A stretch of DNA of 56,515 bases from Catajapyx aquilonaris (taxonomy: Eukaryota), in the NCBI GenBank assembly GCA_000934665.2, contig KZ538171.1:62001-118515 (forward strand), read 5' to 3'. The notes below the pieces were generated by a model. The model had not been told where the DNA came from, ran no database searches, and worked only from the letters and a program-made list of their open reading frames with translations. This document shows positions 54,801 through 56,515 of the stretch, in pieces. Numbering within the stretch: position 1 is the stretch's first letter; the number at the start of each line of letters is the position of its first letter. Made by a program: the position numbers and the translations under genes.

Positions 54801-56515
54801 GCTATTCGGAAGTAAACTTATAGATTTTCTCCCGGGTTTGTAAGTTGACTATACTGTATATAGTACATTTTTCTTTGAGATTACCCTTCTCTGTGAGACC
54901 TTTTGGCAGACTGTCAAAAAGGCAAGAACTGTATAAGGAGCATGCGATATTACATTTTGCTGTTTTACTCTCAGTCTGGATGTACTGTATGCTTCTTTTG
55001 GAGTTCCTGCACAGCTCGTTACTAAACCCAGCATGCGATTTGGGGTTGACCTCAATAGAAGGCTTTTGAGGAATGCTAGCCTGATAGGAACCAACCGTGG
55101 GGTAAAAAAGAGACGGAGGAAAAACAAAAGAGGAAAATCGAACATTTGGTGTGATACGATATCTGTGACTGGCACGATGCCAAATTAATTTCATAGGTTA
55201 TGAATTTTGCGACTGTCGGACCCGGCCGCGGGAATTTTTTTGTCGAAAAGAGAAAAATCCAGATTTCAAAAAAATATAGCGGTGTAAAGCGTGAAAGGAA
55301 GGCGACAGATGTCGAATGAGGGGACATTTTAATTTCGCACCCTTTTATCCGCTGTTGTCAAAAAAAGTTGCGGAGCTTCCACGAACATCCCAGTGAAGAA
55401 GATGGAGTATTCTATAGCTAAGCATGGAAAGTTTAATTGAAAAAGAGCAGCTGTCGCAAGGTCAACTCGGTGACGTTATATGGTACTTGTAAAGAAACAC
55501 TGTACTGTACTCTTACAAGGATATGGATTGCCAAGGGGAGCTGATGTATATAGCCTACACCGCCATCATCATCAAACAGCGGCGTGGCCATCATCAGCTA
55601 AGGGGATGTCATCTTGGCCCCTGGGCATTAGCAGAGCACAAGGGCGGAGTCTCCCCCAACCCAAGCCTAGTCTGATATTGAGCGGAACTGCTCCTTCAAT
55701 TAACTGGATTGTATTCTAGTCTGCTCCGTGTTTACCTGCACCCAAACAACGCTTGGTGCAGCGGGAAAATTTGATTTGCAAAAGTGAGGAACTGGCTGGT
55801 GGGGAAAATTGAGGATAAGTGGAGGTGAATTTACCTGAGTTTTCGGATGGCATAGTGCCTGCTGCAATTATTCTCAAAAGTGTGTTGAAGGTTAGTTGGG
55901 GGCACAACTGGGCTCGAGTTTTCAGGGCAAATTTGGCTTTACGTTGTATTTGAAATAGTATTAGGTTCCACTGGCAGGCAATACTGCGAGCAAGTCAGCA
56001 CCCAGAGAGGGGCTGACAGAGATTTTGGGGGGAACTTGAAGCGTGCCTGAATATTTTAACCGAGGTCCCTTTGTAAAAATTTTTGCCCGGGGCTCCCTGA
56101 AGGCGGTGAGGTGTAATGATTTCCGTCTGGTAACAACCCCGTGCCGATAATGTCGCTGGTCCCGACTTAATAATTAACCATATTCTCTTGCCTTTTGATG
56201 GCACACGTGTGATGACATTTTGGACCAGGACGATAACTTGTTCGATCAGTTTTTGGGGCGGATGGGACATAAAATCTCAACCTGGCTGAGATTTCATTAT
56301 GAGGAAAGCGAGGAATATTTGCAGGGGTGTAATTCACATCCAGCATATTATTGGCGGTGTTTTATGGGGTGTTTTGTGAGCTAGGGAACAAATTTGATCC
56401 GACAGTAGTCCGGTCTAAAATGTATGGTGGTATTGATTTATGTACATATGTGAAAAAGCATTTGTTGGGAGGGGTAAATTTTCATGAGGCTGCTGAATTA
56501 TACAACCAAACAGTA

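Overview
Eukaryotic (animal, most likely arthropod) genomic DNA, compact and gene-dense, with short spliceosomal introns and a few N gaps flanked by G/C runs. I reconstructed exon structures by hand from splice signals and reading-frame continuity. In order: HDAC6 (- strand, 3' end runs off the window start), an intronless-CDS TENT4/PAPD5-7/Trf4-type non-canonical poly(A) polymerase (+), mitochondrial intermediate peptidase MIPEP (+), Cullin-4 (-), Rab6 (+, head-to-head with Cul4), a small unrecognised gene encoding a ~15-aa-repeat, Pro-rich, His-tailed protein (+), and the probable non-coding first exon of a further gene (+). Introns carry many small non-autonomous DNA transposons (Tc1/mariner foldbacks, pogo/Tigger-like, hAT with 8-bp TSD, Sola-like with 4-bp TSD). 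Most interesting: (1) the last Rab6 intron is U12-type and is followed by two alternative terminal exons, each with its own perfect U12 branch site and CXC prenylation tail; (2) the orphan repeat/His-tail protein; (3) MIPEP has no visible promoter of its own and TENT4 lies between it and the nearest promoter-like region (nesting, shared first exon or operon); (4) two alternative HDAC6 N-termini. No database searches were run; gene names rest on recognised motifs and novelty is unverified.
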